Assembly (NCBI RefSeq): GCF_000150275.1 | Contig: NW_002060945.1 | Span: 1,182,199 to 1,246,198 of the forward strand | Length of the DNA: 64,000 bases | Direction of reading: 5' to 3' | Source of the DNA: Trichoplax adhaerens | Lineage: Eukaryota; Animalia; Placozoa | In this document: positions 44,901-57,370 of the stretch, in pieces | Layout of the letters: every line of letters starts with the position of its first letter | Numbering within the stretch: the first letter of the stretch is position 1 | Program-made: the position numbers and the translations under genes | The notes under the pieces: generated by a model | Database searches by the model: none | Told to the model about the DNA's origin: nothing | What the model saw: the letters and a program-made list of their open reading frames with translations, nothing else

Positions 44901-46926
44901 ACCATTCTTTCTAAAGTTACAGCTTTAGTTATTTCCCGAATGATTTCGCAGTCAAACACCATTTCTTGATCTGCTAAATTAACATCATACTTAATTCGCT
45001 GAGAATGTAAAGTCTTGTGTAAGATACGAAATTATCGTCACAGATGCATTATTGAGCTTTCAAATATCGGATACTGTAGTTGTTTAAAATAAAGTAAAAA
45101 TTTCATGTTTCTTTACCGGAGACAATATAGCTTTTTAAGACCTTGAATGCTGCCTCACCCAGTTGGTCAAATGGAGATGAAAAGAAGTTTATGAACATTA
45201 CAATATCATCGCGAAGTCTTTCTTCTGCTTAGTAAAATAAGAAGATTAGCATTCATGTTTTAAAACCACATACGATACGAAATGTTCAAATTATGTATCA
45301 TATTCGTATTCACCTTGCAACGGTTTCGTGTAATAAAATATCAGCCAAACATGAGTTTGGTCATCAAGGCAAACCATGCATTTCATCAGTTCTAGTTTAA
45401 GTTCAATACTATACAGAAGCATTTTGTCGTTTAGCGCTACATGCAAGACATATCAAGTGTTTATGTATCCCAAGATGAAGCTACTGTTAATTGCTCTATT
45501 GTGTCTTCAGTGCTGTCGAGCTTTACCTATCGCTCTTTCGGATTAATTTCAACAACTCTTCCGTAATTTCATCCCTAAGAAATATTTTATAATAATTTAG
45601 TGATACATTTCAGTTATAAATTACTAATTGGTTTCAATCAAAGGGAATAATCTACAAGTATTAAAAGACCTAAGAAAGTCGTAAGAAATTCTAAAGTCCA
45701 AAGCAGCTTTTCGGATGACCCTGCTGTTTCAATTAAGGCCGTTAGTAATTTATCCAGAAGGAATCGTGTAATATTGACGATATTCTATGCGAGCATAAAT
45801 ATTGTAAATCCTATAGTTAACTGTAACCATGAGACAGGTAATGCTAACATCATCTTCCTGGTACATTATTGAATCTGCTTAAGTTAAGATTAATCAAACA
45901 CTGAATTGCTTACCGATTCCCACAGAAGGGCTCTTTAAACACATGATCGTTACATAGTTGTACAATTTGTCTAATGGTGGCGTATAAATTAAGAATCTGT
46001 TTAATTTCACTACAAGTGAAATAATTGCTCAACCTCATACTTACGGTAAGGTATTAAGGCGAGAGATGATATCTTTGTGTGATGGCGATGTCTGTAAAGT
46101 CTTTTTAATGCGGTGGCAAAGTGTAAATAAAAAAATATGAGTAACTTGTAGCAGTTTGGAGGATAAAAAATACTTCATTATTATAGTATATACTGTTTAG
46201 GTAAGCTCAGTATTTTCTTTATCCGCATTTGCAGCTGTAACAAAACAGATTGAAAAATACATCATTTTAGTATTTTCCTTTCATACTATCGTTTACCTCG
46301 GTGACCAAGTCGAATTCATCCAATAAGTAATCCTAAGAAAAATGAATATGACGATGATAATTACTACTTTATGATCATGCACTAAAGCAGGATCATCGAT
46401 ATACGGCGCAAGTACGTTTAAAGCAAGTGGATAGTTATTAATTTCAAGTTTAAATCTACTATAACAGCAACGAGCATATTTTAGATGAGGATGGATAACT
46501 TGGCAATACTGTAAATGAAAAATACGGAGTTAACTACATATTGGATATTTCCCTTCTTCAAAAAGAGCAAACTACGGGCACAATAATGCTAACAGCCTAC
46601 ACAGCTTTCTCTAGCTGATTGCTTCTATTCTCTGTGTTTATTATTGGCCCTGAATTCAGTTTCTATACTGTACTGTCATTAGTCAATCATGATTAATAAC
46701 ATTCGTATATATCCTATACCTTGGTGATATCTTGTTCTTGGTTATTATCATCACAAAGGTAGCTCGCTTCTATCCATGAATTATTTTTGTAGAAGGTACG
46801 ACAAAAATCAGAATCAAAGATGTAGGTAATACCATCGCTATCAAAATCGAGATCATCCTCAGTCAAGTCGCTCATAGAATCGCCTGATTCTTGACCAGCC
46901 ATATCTTCTGCCTCGTCTTCAAACAT
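41983..46926 (-). CDS. KPNA-like: Highly divergent importin-alpha (karyopherin alpha)-like armadillo-repeat protein, ~20 short exons, apparently intact
   Basis: Hand-spliced open frame collinear with importin-alpha ARM repeats: IVMFINFFSSPFDQLGEAAFKVLKSYI / DQEMVFDCEII..LPYLREAAALLKKC / VYVLLQSEDIVVLSSVLKIISFLSE / QALASIPCHRIFEIL..DQALLTLTTI / HLFIFLNNLARYNNNMIQKLIVNDVVP / FKEACELITGCHDYEVIKYLLLALNVIV. The last exon boundary and the 5' exon choice are uncertain. Confidence 0.75.
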
Positions 46927-47714
46927 CTTGCTGCTTGATTTACTGAATAAGTTGATGTTTCGAAAGCATTGATTGAGATCGGTCGATCAGCAATGCAACT
47001 ACTGCATAAATCGTTCCTATTGTCAATCTAAATGTAATAAAAAGGAATACTCAACATATTGACAACTGTACCTTTCGGTCGTAGAGCAATATGCGCCAAT
47101 TAAGTTGATATTATGATGACAGATGAAGAAGAGCAGTTTAAATGCTTCAGCTAGTTATCGCAGTATTCCTATCTTTCCGGTTCAGAGTAATCCCCACTAA
47201 CGGTGTTGATGTTGTCAATTTTAATGAAGAAGTGATTGACAAAGCATTAGAAGATTTCTCCAACCTATTCCCCGTTTGAAAATCGTACCAAGATCGAAAT
47301 GCTCAACGAGGCAAATATGGAAATGTCTAAATCAGCAACCGCGAGTACTTGCGCCAAAATGATGTTGTTTACGGCAAATCAACGAGGTAACAGGGCACAA
47401 ACCTGAAAGGGAAGGAGTGAAATAGGCTAGATATCTGTTGGATGCCACTTTCGTATTGGCCAAACTCCAGCCACGTGCGGCACGAGTAGACACGAGTAGT
47501 AGCATGTGCACTTGTGCAGTTTTCCATGCAGTCTGTGATGGAAGTAAGAGCTAAAAGTAATTGCTTTTTCTTTCCTACTGCAGTATACATACTGCCAAGC
47601 AGGATGGCAAGTTTCCGAGATTGTATACCGGTGTATGCTAAAGCCAGTTTTCTCTCGTTACCTTGAGGGGAAAATGTCCTTTTCTTCTTTACTTTTTACG
47701 CCCTGATCGGACAC

Positions 47715-48420
47715 TTTACCAATAAACTATCCTAGTCTTAAACCTCTTTCTATAAATCTATAAATGTTCGGTATTGAAGGAAAGAAAAAAGTGTATTCGT
47801 CTTCCCTCTATGACCTGACCTAGGACTTGTCCAATAAACTAATTCCTCTTGTCTATTAATTCTACCAATATTCAGATGAAAGAAAAATGTGTAGCCATTC
47901 CCTCTATGGCGTGACCAAATGACGAGGACTTCTCGAATAAACTGCAGTATTTCCTCTTTCTAGTGTTAGATTAGAATGGTTTTATCCAGATGGCGTTGGT
48001 CTGACATGGGCAGACTACCAATCTCCAGGGTACTCTTAAAAATGAGAGAGGGGATAAAAAGTGATGGGAACATTTTATAAATTGATTATGACATGATGTC
48101 ACAGACATGTTGTCGAAGAATAGGAGTTATAGGACCTATGGCGTTGAGATAAATATTGATGACATTGAAGTAAAGAGCGTAAACATAGAAGGAAGCTAGA
48201 GAAATGTCCAAAAATATAGACAAATTCGGAAATTTGGCCAAATAGTGGCAAGAAGTTGGAACTTGTTGCCTATTCTTTATTAGAGATGTTAATGGTACAG
48301 TATAGAGAAATTAAGGAATTGAATGAAATAGATGGTAGGAAATTGTCACTCGTTAATTATTCGTTATAGGAGATGTTAACGATATAGAGAAATTAGGCAA
48401 TTTAGTGAAATAGAATGGAA
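47715..48420. repeat. Two short degenerate direct-repeat tracts
   Basis: caataaact ... gaaagaaaaa..gtgta ... ccctctatg.c.tgacc repeated at ~110-bp spacing (47720-47945). tatagagaaatta.g.aatt repeats at ~48213, 48301 and 48383. Confidence 0.6.
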
Positions 48421-49850
48421 TATACTGTACGGATAATATTTAACTTTAGCTGTTTAATATTTATTTATTGAAGTTTATTAGAAAGGTAGTACTGCCATTG
48501 TTACAATAGCAGCCTACACCAATTCGCTAGGATAAAATAGAGATGGAAATATTTATAGATTGATTATGATATGATATTCTTGGATATTGGCCTATCCAGA
48601 TGCAGAATCTAATGCAGTAGACAGTGGTTGAATTTAACGGAAGGAGCGAAAGTGTTTAGTATAGCCATCCAGTGTAATAGATTGTTTGCGAGATATTTCA
48701 ATTTTTTTGCTAGTCAATCACTTGAGCAGAAGTTGTTACCACATTTAATCGATCTCTTTTAAGAAACGGCCATTAAGATTCTATGAAATGTTGCTTCTCC
48801 TCAATTTCAGTCATAACTGCATACAGCGAAACTTTGGTTGTTTATCAAAACTTATTTTTATCAAGAAGAGGGAAGAGAGGGAGAGGAGTATACGATGGAA
48901 TAAGGATAACATTTATACTTGAGTAGTCCCTGTCATTATTCTGCACTAAAAGTTTTCCGAAGAGATCACTGCTTTTCCTGTGGAGTGGATACGTGTATGT
49001 AGCTGTGTAATTTATTTTTCAGTGAGCACAAGGTGCTGGAACTATTTTTTTCACTACAATTCATCAGGTAAATTGGCTTACACAAACACATACACTACTC
49101 CATCATACGAGTACTGTATACCAGAAGAATATAATACTTTGCGACTGGAATTAGCACAGATCTATCTACGCTAGTAACTGTACAAATAGCATCGCAGTCA
49201 GTGTTGGGATCCTTAGTCTTACAGCATTTCACAATAAAGCAAAGTCGCGTCTTAGTTGCGTTTGGTTTACACTTTTTTTAGTTACAGTTAACTATGATTG
49301 CTGACAACGTGCTGGGCAAGGAGGGAATGAAAAACCGAAGAAAAAGAGCCTAACCGCATTTTTATAACATTTCGAACATTGAGAGCGGTAATTTCCTGTT
49401 TCATATTACAACATACGAACATTGATATACAGTACTGTAATGATAAACTACATTTTAGGTATCAAGATGCAGTTTATGTAGTTTGAACTAAAATTTATTG
49501 TTAGTGAAGAAGCTACTCATATAACCTTGGGTAAGTTTAGTCAATCACATTTTATTTAAAGAAACATCACATCCAATTTAAAGAAACATCACATCGATTA
49601 CTCCTTATAGTTAAAAGTCTATTTTAAGTAGTTCAGTCTTCGTCAATTTTTAGCATGATATTTAGAAGTTGCACCAAATACCATCTACAGTAGTGAATTT
49701 ACGAAGCTGAAGCTATTAAGAAAGTTGCTGACAACTTTTTTAAACGATGAATAAGAAAGTTTAAAATACTAATAGCAATGAAAATTATCTAGATGGATGT
49801 AGACCTTATACGCCTTTGCACGAGTAGGATATGCAAAACCAAATAAGAAG

Positions 49851-52800
49851 TTAAATACTTATGGCGTTGGGAATATTTTTCGGGTTCAAATGATTGTAAG
49901 CTATACGTCTGTGCTTATTTCTCTCATCAATTATTGCCGAAGCTTCCTTGAGTTCAATATTAAATCTATTGAATAAGAAAATAACAATTTAATCTTGTTA
50001 AAATCAAATTCTAGAAATAGTACGTGAAGTATAGGTGAGAATTTGCTCCATTTATGTCATAAACTAAAGGCTATTGGATGATTATTTGTGCTGTTATAAT
50101 TCAGATTAAAATATCGATAATACCATCAAATAACTTACTGTTTTAATGCTGCTACCCCCACTGGATCATAGGTGTAATTGACCTCAAAATCGCCCAATGA
50201 TTCCGTCGCACGCTGACTAAGAACCCTGGTAATTGTCATTATGCTTACATCATGGGTTTGTTAGGTAACTGCTTAAGGAGATCAGCTTCAGTGATGGGTG
50301 ACTAAAGTTTAGGTATCAAGGATAGAGCAATTATGAGCATATTTTGATATTTCCGTAGATATACAGTATTGTAGTATTCGTACATCCAATCACTAAAGTA
50401 TAAAATTTAAAAAATCTTGTACCTCAGTGAATTGTAGGCTATTGTACTAATATTATACTAAATTACGTGGATTAATTAAGTCTTTAGTAAAGTACTTTCG
50501 AGTCCAAGTAACTTACTGTACATAACTACCAAAATTACTAACGAAATAGTTATCGTCATGTTTTCTTAATCGGTACAAAAACTAAGATACTATAGTAATC
50601 CAACGATATCTAAATCACTTCTAATAACTTCAACTATAGTTTTAATATTTAATTTGTATCGATACGTACTAATAGTTTAACAACTAACTAAATGACTTTC
50701 TATAGTAGCTATCAACACGACGATCTCTAGAATATACAAAAATATACTTTATCTCGTGGTGCTTTCCCGTTCATAAATGCTGGATAATTAGGGGGGAAAC
50801 CATATTCATCGTATTGGCCAAAGTTAACTGCTGCATGGATAGCACTAGAAGTAAATATGAATGATGTGAATGCACTAATAATTTCTTCCTGTGTTTCAAA
50901 TTTGCCGTTGCCGGGTACTCCTTTAATTTCACAACCCTCAGGATAAGGTGCTACAAGTATTTCAGCAAAATTTTGCAATTCGAAATCATTGGCTATATCA
51001 TTCTTATTTTTATAATGGCCATTAACAACCCCGGCAACATAATTCTTGATGCAGTTCCAAACAAGTAATCCATCATCTCGATAAGGATAATCTGGCAGTA
51101 TTTTGGGATCATCCAGCTATTTAGTTGGAGAATAAAAATCAACATTAAATAATTGTAGTTTATAATACGCTAGTGGTTAGATCGAAGCGATATATAACTT
51201 ATTTATAAAATCATAAATGACTTCCATGATAATCTCTTAGCTGCGTGAATTAAACTATCTCGCCGTTATAGCTATACTCGTACCTTACGGGCTTTTATTT
51301 CTTCCGGCAGGGTACCTTCTACATTTAATCGCCACACTTTGAATTGGTGAGCGATAATATCTAATACCCCATCACGGCCAGCTGTCATAGTTGTGTCTAT
51401 CCAGCCATCAGGTGCTAATAGGGATGTAATCGCTAAACTATATTTAACGATTGAAGGAGAAATGATCAGAGCACTGAATAGCAATTTAAGTTTTAAGTTA
51501 CATCGATGAATGTACAGTATTATGTATTAATTTAGTTTATAATGTTGATAGGATAATTTAGGGTATATCAGTATTGCGCTAAATCGTATCAATTTAGGGT
51601 TCTACCTGTTGATAGCCATAAGGTAAAGGAAATGAGGTGCGATCAGACGATGCAAGGGATGAGACATGCTTAGTGTGCGATTAACAGCCACTGCAATGGA
51701 TTCAATGATCAAGTGGGTGAAGCCTGAATTTATAGTAAATTTAGATAGAATTCAATAAATTGTATACTGTACAATGTATACATACTAATGCAATGACTAA
51801 AATAATAATTCTAATACTATATTAAATATCGTCACAAAACAAAGCTCTGATAGTATAAAGATTGTAGATTGTAGAAAAGAACCTATCTTTACGTAAACTT
51901 TTACCTAAATGCGTGCTAGATTGATGAACCATAGCATCAGCATTATTGTAAAACATTTTGGCTAACTTCCAGACATTTCCATCGGTCGGCAGGAAAACCT
52001 ACAGTACGTGCGTCATAATTCAAATAGCGTCAAAAATTAAATTATATTATATTATTGAAATTTTAAACAGTACATTATCTTATTAAAGAGGTAATGGTGA
52101 AGTGCCATCATGCTCTCCAATATTACTATCATTTGTTGTATTTACCGTATGGGGATATCTCTTGTCGGTAGTTGCAAACAATTGTATCGCAACGGGTGTT
52201 AATTCATCTTCTTTATTTAAGTAGAAGAGTGCATAAGGATGTACCAGCTAGGAAATATAAAGTAGCAAGCAGATGTAGAGTCTTAATTCAATATGTGTAC
52301 TAGATGATTTCAAATGCTATAGAATATAATGGAGCAGATGATATTTTAGATAGAGATTTTTTAAAGTTTTGTATCACATACATACATAGTTCTGTATGTG
52401 GATGATCTTTCTATAGGAAAGAGTATAGTACAACAGCTTGTTAATAACTATGAATAGCTAACCTCTTTGTCAAGCGGAACACCCGCAAGCGGTACACTAT
52501 GTAGCATTGATAAATCGCAAAGGAAAATTTTATTCTTGCTGACAGCGTCATCTAAAGTGTAGCCTTCCAAGAATGGCTTAAGCATGTCGTTCGTAACATC
52601 GAGACTAATTAATATATAGAAGGTTTTACCGTTAATTTACGTACAATCTTTAAGTAGTCTTTTAAGATTATTAAATTTGCATCTTACGCTGACGGAATTT
52701 TGGTACATAATTGCATTATAACCGGATTACAGCCTTGGGTGCGCTGTTTGGCGAAATAGCTGTCCTCATCCCATCTATATCTGCCCTAATAAGCAATAGA

Positions 52801-54527
52801 TAGTAATGGGAAGGGTTAATCCATTACAAAGGATATTTTTCTGGTTTCCCTACGAATGTACAACTTCATATTGATACCAACATGAATGAAGTTCTAATTA
52901 TCAACATTAAGAGGCGACAAAACAGTATTTGTCAGTAATAGTTCAACTTCCTCTAGCATACCTGAGGAACGTCAAAGCCACACCCTGTCTGATAGAGGTT
53001 GCTGATATCATCCACTGACTTCCAATCGCCGCTGAAAACCTTTGCTAGGTTGCCCACAATGCCTAAACTGGCTCCTGATAGTATTAGAACATCATTCTAT
53101 ATCCGAATAAAATATAGGACGGCAAATAATTCTCTTAGATACACACGTATAAATATCTGAAAATTACCGCGAGAAATTCATAATTTATTTAATCTTCTTT
53201 AATCATTAATACCTTAAATTAAAGTACATCAAATCTATTTAACTACAACATTAGTAATATGATAAGAAAGACAGTAATTTAAAATCTCAAACGCTTTACA
53301 CCTACTTGGTAGTGGTCGGTGAACATTTCTTGTTGAGGTAAATCTTTAACCTGCGGTTAGTTAATAAATAAGGGTATTAAAAAAAACTGAACAGTAAATT
53401 ATCACATTGCCACGCCAACACATTTATTATATTATTAAGTAAATAACTGTTCAAATGAACAGCTCGAAGTCAAATACATTATATAATAGTTTTATGTGTC
53501 ATAACTATAAAGTAATTTCAAATGCTGTGATCGTATTTGATAGAATACAATATATAACAATGCATAATTGCACTTGTGGCGTTGCAGACAACTTGATAAA
53601 GGCATAGCTTAGCTGATTGCTTTAGCTAATACTATCATTGATTGCTTATACGATCGTTACTCAAGTAATAAGGATTTACTATGCATATCTCGACGTCATT
53701 TAGACAATGTTTATGGTAATTTCTTGCTATCTAATGAAACAATAGGTTTCATAAGCATGTAATATAATATCAATCTTCGATATCTAACTCGAATTAGATA
53801 TAATTAATTACAATAGACCATAGTACATATCTGATCTTCATTTACGTCCGCTTACAAGACTGGGAAATTAAATTGAATTTATAAAAAAATTTTTACAAAT
53901 ATTTAGCAGTAATGTAAAGGAATCGTGATTTTTTCTACTTTTTACGACCCCAAAATCATAAAAATTTGTCATTTGAGTTGATACTACTATTGCGTTGGCT
54001 TTTAAAAGTTGTACACCAGAAGATATTTGCTGTTATTTATTTAGTACCTGTGCAGGAACACCAGGAAATTTCCTATCAAGTACGTAGTGTGTCTGCTTTT
54101 CCTGGATTTCTTTTGCACGTTGCTGAGGTGATGCATCATTTTGGGGTAAGGAGCAATCCCACTTTTGAATTTTTAAGGTAACATACTGTCTTAACCAACG
54201 ATTGATTGGGAAGTAGACTGGTGCGGGCGTACCTCCGACCTGTTCATTGACGACCCAAACACATTCACAAAACCAGTTACCACCAAATCCCCAAATGCCA
54301 CGACTGATTTCAATAAATTTAAGATCAGCTAAGCCAGATATATCGCTAACAGGGAACTTATTCGTTTGGCCTTTTTCGAATTTACCTCCAAATATATCAT
54401 CAGTAAGGGTAATATTGCGTGATTTTTTACCGTTGACATCGATGAATGTTATATAGATACTGACATCAGTGCTAGCGCCTTTATAATCTGCAGTTTTAAT
54501 GTAAATGGTGTAATCCGGGTTAGACAT
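49851..54527 (-). CDS. Animal-type lipoxygenase (N-terminal PLAT domain + non-heme-iron LOX domain), 12 exons, with one -1 frameshift in exon 11
   Basis: PLAT exon 54048-54527; QRTQGCNPV; LTPVAIQL; WKLAKMFYNNAD..HQSSTHLGFTHL; HPLHRLIAPHF; YPYRDDG; HAAVNFGQ; C-terminal IPNAISI*. All iron ligands are present. The frame breaks at ATG ATG TA AGC (50245-50247). Confidence 0.93.
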
Positions 54528-55194
54528 GATGAAGCTGATCCTGTGATTCCTATTTCAATGATTAACGCTGAGCTCGGGATAAGAACATTCACGTTTAACG
54601 GTAGATCAGTTATTGACCAGAGTGGCACTTGAATCGAATGACAGATCGATTGGGTTGCTCCGCCGAATCGATAATTCGTTCTGAATAAAATTTCCAGGTA
54701 GTCCACTAGCATTTAAATACGCGTATAAAACAATAGTGTCTCTGCCACTTATCTTGTGTAGCCTGATCATTGGCTATTTCTTTTAGTAAACAAGTTTTCT
54801 AGCTAACCAATAGGTGATTTGTACCGACCTCTAATAATTAATTACTAATTATAATTGACCGTCCATGGTATTTGTTTTAATATTACAGTAATTCCACCTT
54901 TCAATCAATGCGAATGTTTAGGTCTTTTGAAATAGAAGCACCTTGTCTTTATAATGTTATCCGGCGCCATTATGTACTTAAACAATGTAATTATTTTTTT
55001 CTCAGTTTTGTCGTCAATTTTATCGCATATCAGTGATTACTCCAGTGCATTTTAAAATCACGTTATATATAAAAATACGATTAGGCTAAATCTTATTAAG
55101 CTATTATTGTCTATGTACAAAATTAGCTCACTTGGAAGCTGATTGCTTTTTAATGCCTTCTTGAAATTGGCTCTTTATACAATTTAAATATTAA

Positions 55195-57370
55195 GCCATA
55201 TTGTGTGTTGTCTGTTTGTATCATCATCGAAGACGCGAGGACTGCCACCCTCTATCATAATTACGTATTTTTCTCGTCCTTACTTTAGTTGTCGATTTTA
55301 TGTCTTATAAATGATTCTAGTATAAATTATAGAGTAAGATACTATATACTATTCAGTGTAAATGTAATTGTACGTTATGCAAATGGGAGTGAAGATACAG
55401 AACACTACTTTGCAAAAGTAATCAATTAATTGAAATTGATCTAGCTCGAAATCGAGTCACTAAGCTGAGCTAATCTGACTCGCAAATGTGTTATTAGTCT
55501 CTGATTCCAGTATTCAGAGAACAGACTAGATCAGAAATAATTTTAATGTTCGAAATACTTCATGCATGAGGAGCTAGAATAGTTATAAAATGTTAACGCC
55601 TTTGACATAAAAAGCTCTCGTTGTATTAAAACCTTCTTATTATGTGTACATGGAGTGTGTACGCGTCTGTGAACACCATACACGCAATTGTAAGATTGTG
55701 ATTAGTTAACTTTGTAAGCCCCCACTTATTGTCATTAAAGTTTTTCAAGTTCCTTACGCCATTGTTCTATGAAATTTTGAAATCTACTTTGATTCGTTCT
55801 ACTGTATATAATTCAATTCCATTAAACAGAGTACGAAATGATCGATTTTTCTTTTTGCAGTAGTTTCGCTTATAGCGATCCTTTCTCCCTTTCAGCCACT
55901 GAAACTATAGCAATTATCGCCAAAAATCACCTAATTTTATCGTCGACACTTCCCTACGCTATACTAAGCGACTCCTCTTTTCATTTAGACCTGCAATCAA
56001 ACTTTATTCTTCAAAGTTCCCATTTGTGCTTGTTGAAGTTTTCTGTTACTTGGACGAGATAATTGTTTGCCACTACAGCGGAAAAACATTGCTTTAATTA
56101 AGTTATTGTTCTATGGTTAGAGGAGGTGTGGCATAGTTCTTGCTATAGTACTGTACATATTGTACAGTACAACATACAGTACAGTACAGTACTGTACTGT
56201 ATGTACACTTAGGATTTAAGGAGGTGTGGCATAAGTGAGTAGGAGGTGTGGCATGAGAGTCTGAAAGCTGTGAAATCTCGAACACGTGACCATTAATGTT
56301 GGTCTTGTTCCTGTTTCCCCTTCCACATTTTTCGTCGCCTTTTATATTGGATTTCTTCATCAGTGATCGTTCTATTTTCCAATCAATGGATTACCCTTGT
56401 AAAGTTGCAGTAGCAATACTGTAAATGAAAAATACGGAGTTAACTGCATATTGGGTATTTCCCTTCTTCAAATAGAGCAAAATACGGGCACAATAATGCT
56501 AGCAGCCTATATAGTTTTCTCCAGTTGATTGCTTCTATTCTCTGTACTTGTTATTGGCTTTGAATTCAGTCTTTATACTGTACTGTCATTAGTCAATCAT
56601 GATTAACAACATTCGTATATATCCTGTACCTTGGTGATATCTTGTTCTTGGTTATTGTCATCACAAAGGATATACTGTGCCATATTGTATGCTGTTTGTT
56701 TGTATTAACATCGAGGACTGCCACCCTCTATCGTAATTACGTATTTTTCTCGTCCTTACTTTAGTTGTCGATTTTATGTCTTATAAATGATTCTAGTATA
56801 AATTATAGAGTATGATACTATATACTATTCAGTGTAAAAGTATTTGTACGTTATGCAAATGAGAGTGAAGATACAGAACACTACTTCGCAAAAGTAATCT
56901 ATTAATTGAAATTGAGCTAGCTCGAAATCGAGTCATTAAGCTGAGCTAAGCTGACTCGCANATGTATTATTAGTCTGTGATTCCAGTATTCAGAGAACAG
57001 ACTAGATCAGAAATAATTTTAATGTTNNNNNNNNNNNNNNNNNNNNNNNNNNNNNNNNNNNNNNNNNNNNNNNNNNTGTTTGGCACTACAGTACTGTACA
57101 GCGGAAAAACATCGCATTAATTAATAAGTTATTGTTCTATGGTTAGAGGAGGTGTGGCATAGTTATTGTTAGAGTATAATACAACATAGGATGGAGGTGT
57201 GGTATGAGTGCTGAAAGCTGTGAAATCTCGAACACGTGACCATTAAGAGCTCAAATGTTGGACTAATTTCCTGTTAGCCTTCTACTTTTTTCGTCGTCTT
57301 TATATTGTATTTCTTCATCAGTGATCCTTCTATTTTCCAATTAATGGATTACCCTTGTAAAGTTGCAGTA
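55195..57370. repeat. Local tandem duplication with a fragment of the importin-alpha-like 5' region at the junction
   Basis: 55195-55549 matches 56680-57026; 56064-56411 matches 57077-57370; 56413-56669 matches 46503-46759 (end of importin-alpha-like exon 1 plus intron). Confidence 0.9.
57027..57076. other. Assembly gap (50 N)
   Basis: Run of N characters. Confidence 1.

Noticed and set aside
53966-54712. Short ORFs overlapping or upstream of the LOX first exon
   Set aside because: Antisense or non-coding. No catalase-like AOS domain is visible upstream, so an AOS-LOX fusion is not supported.
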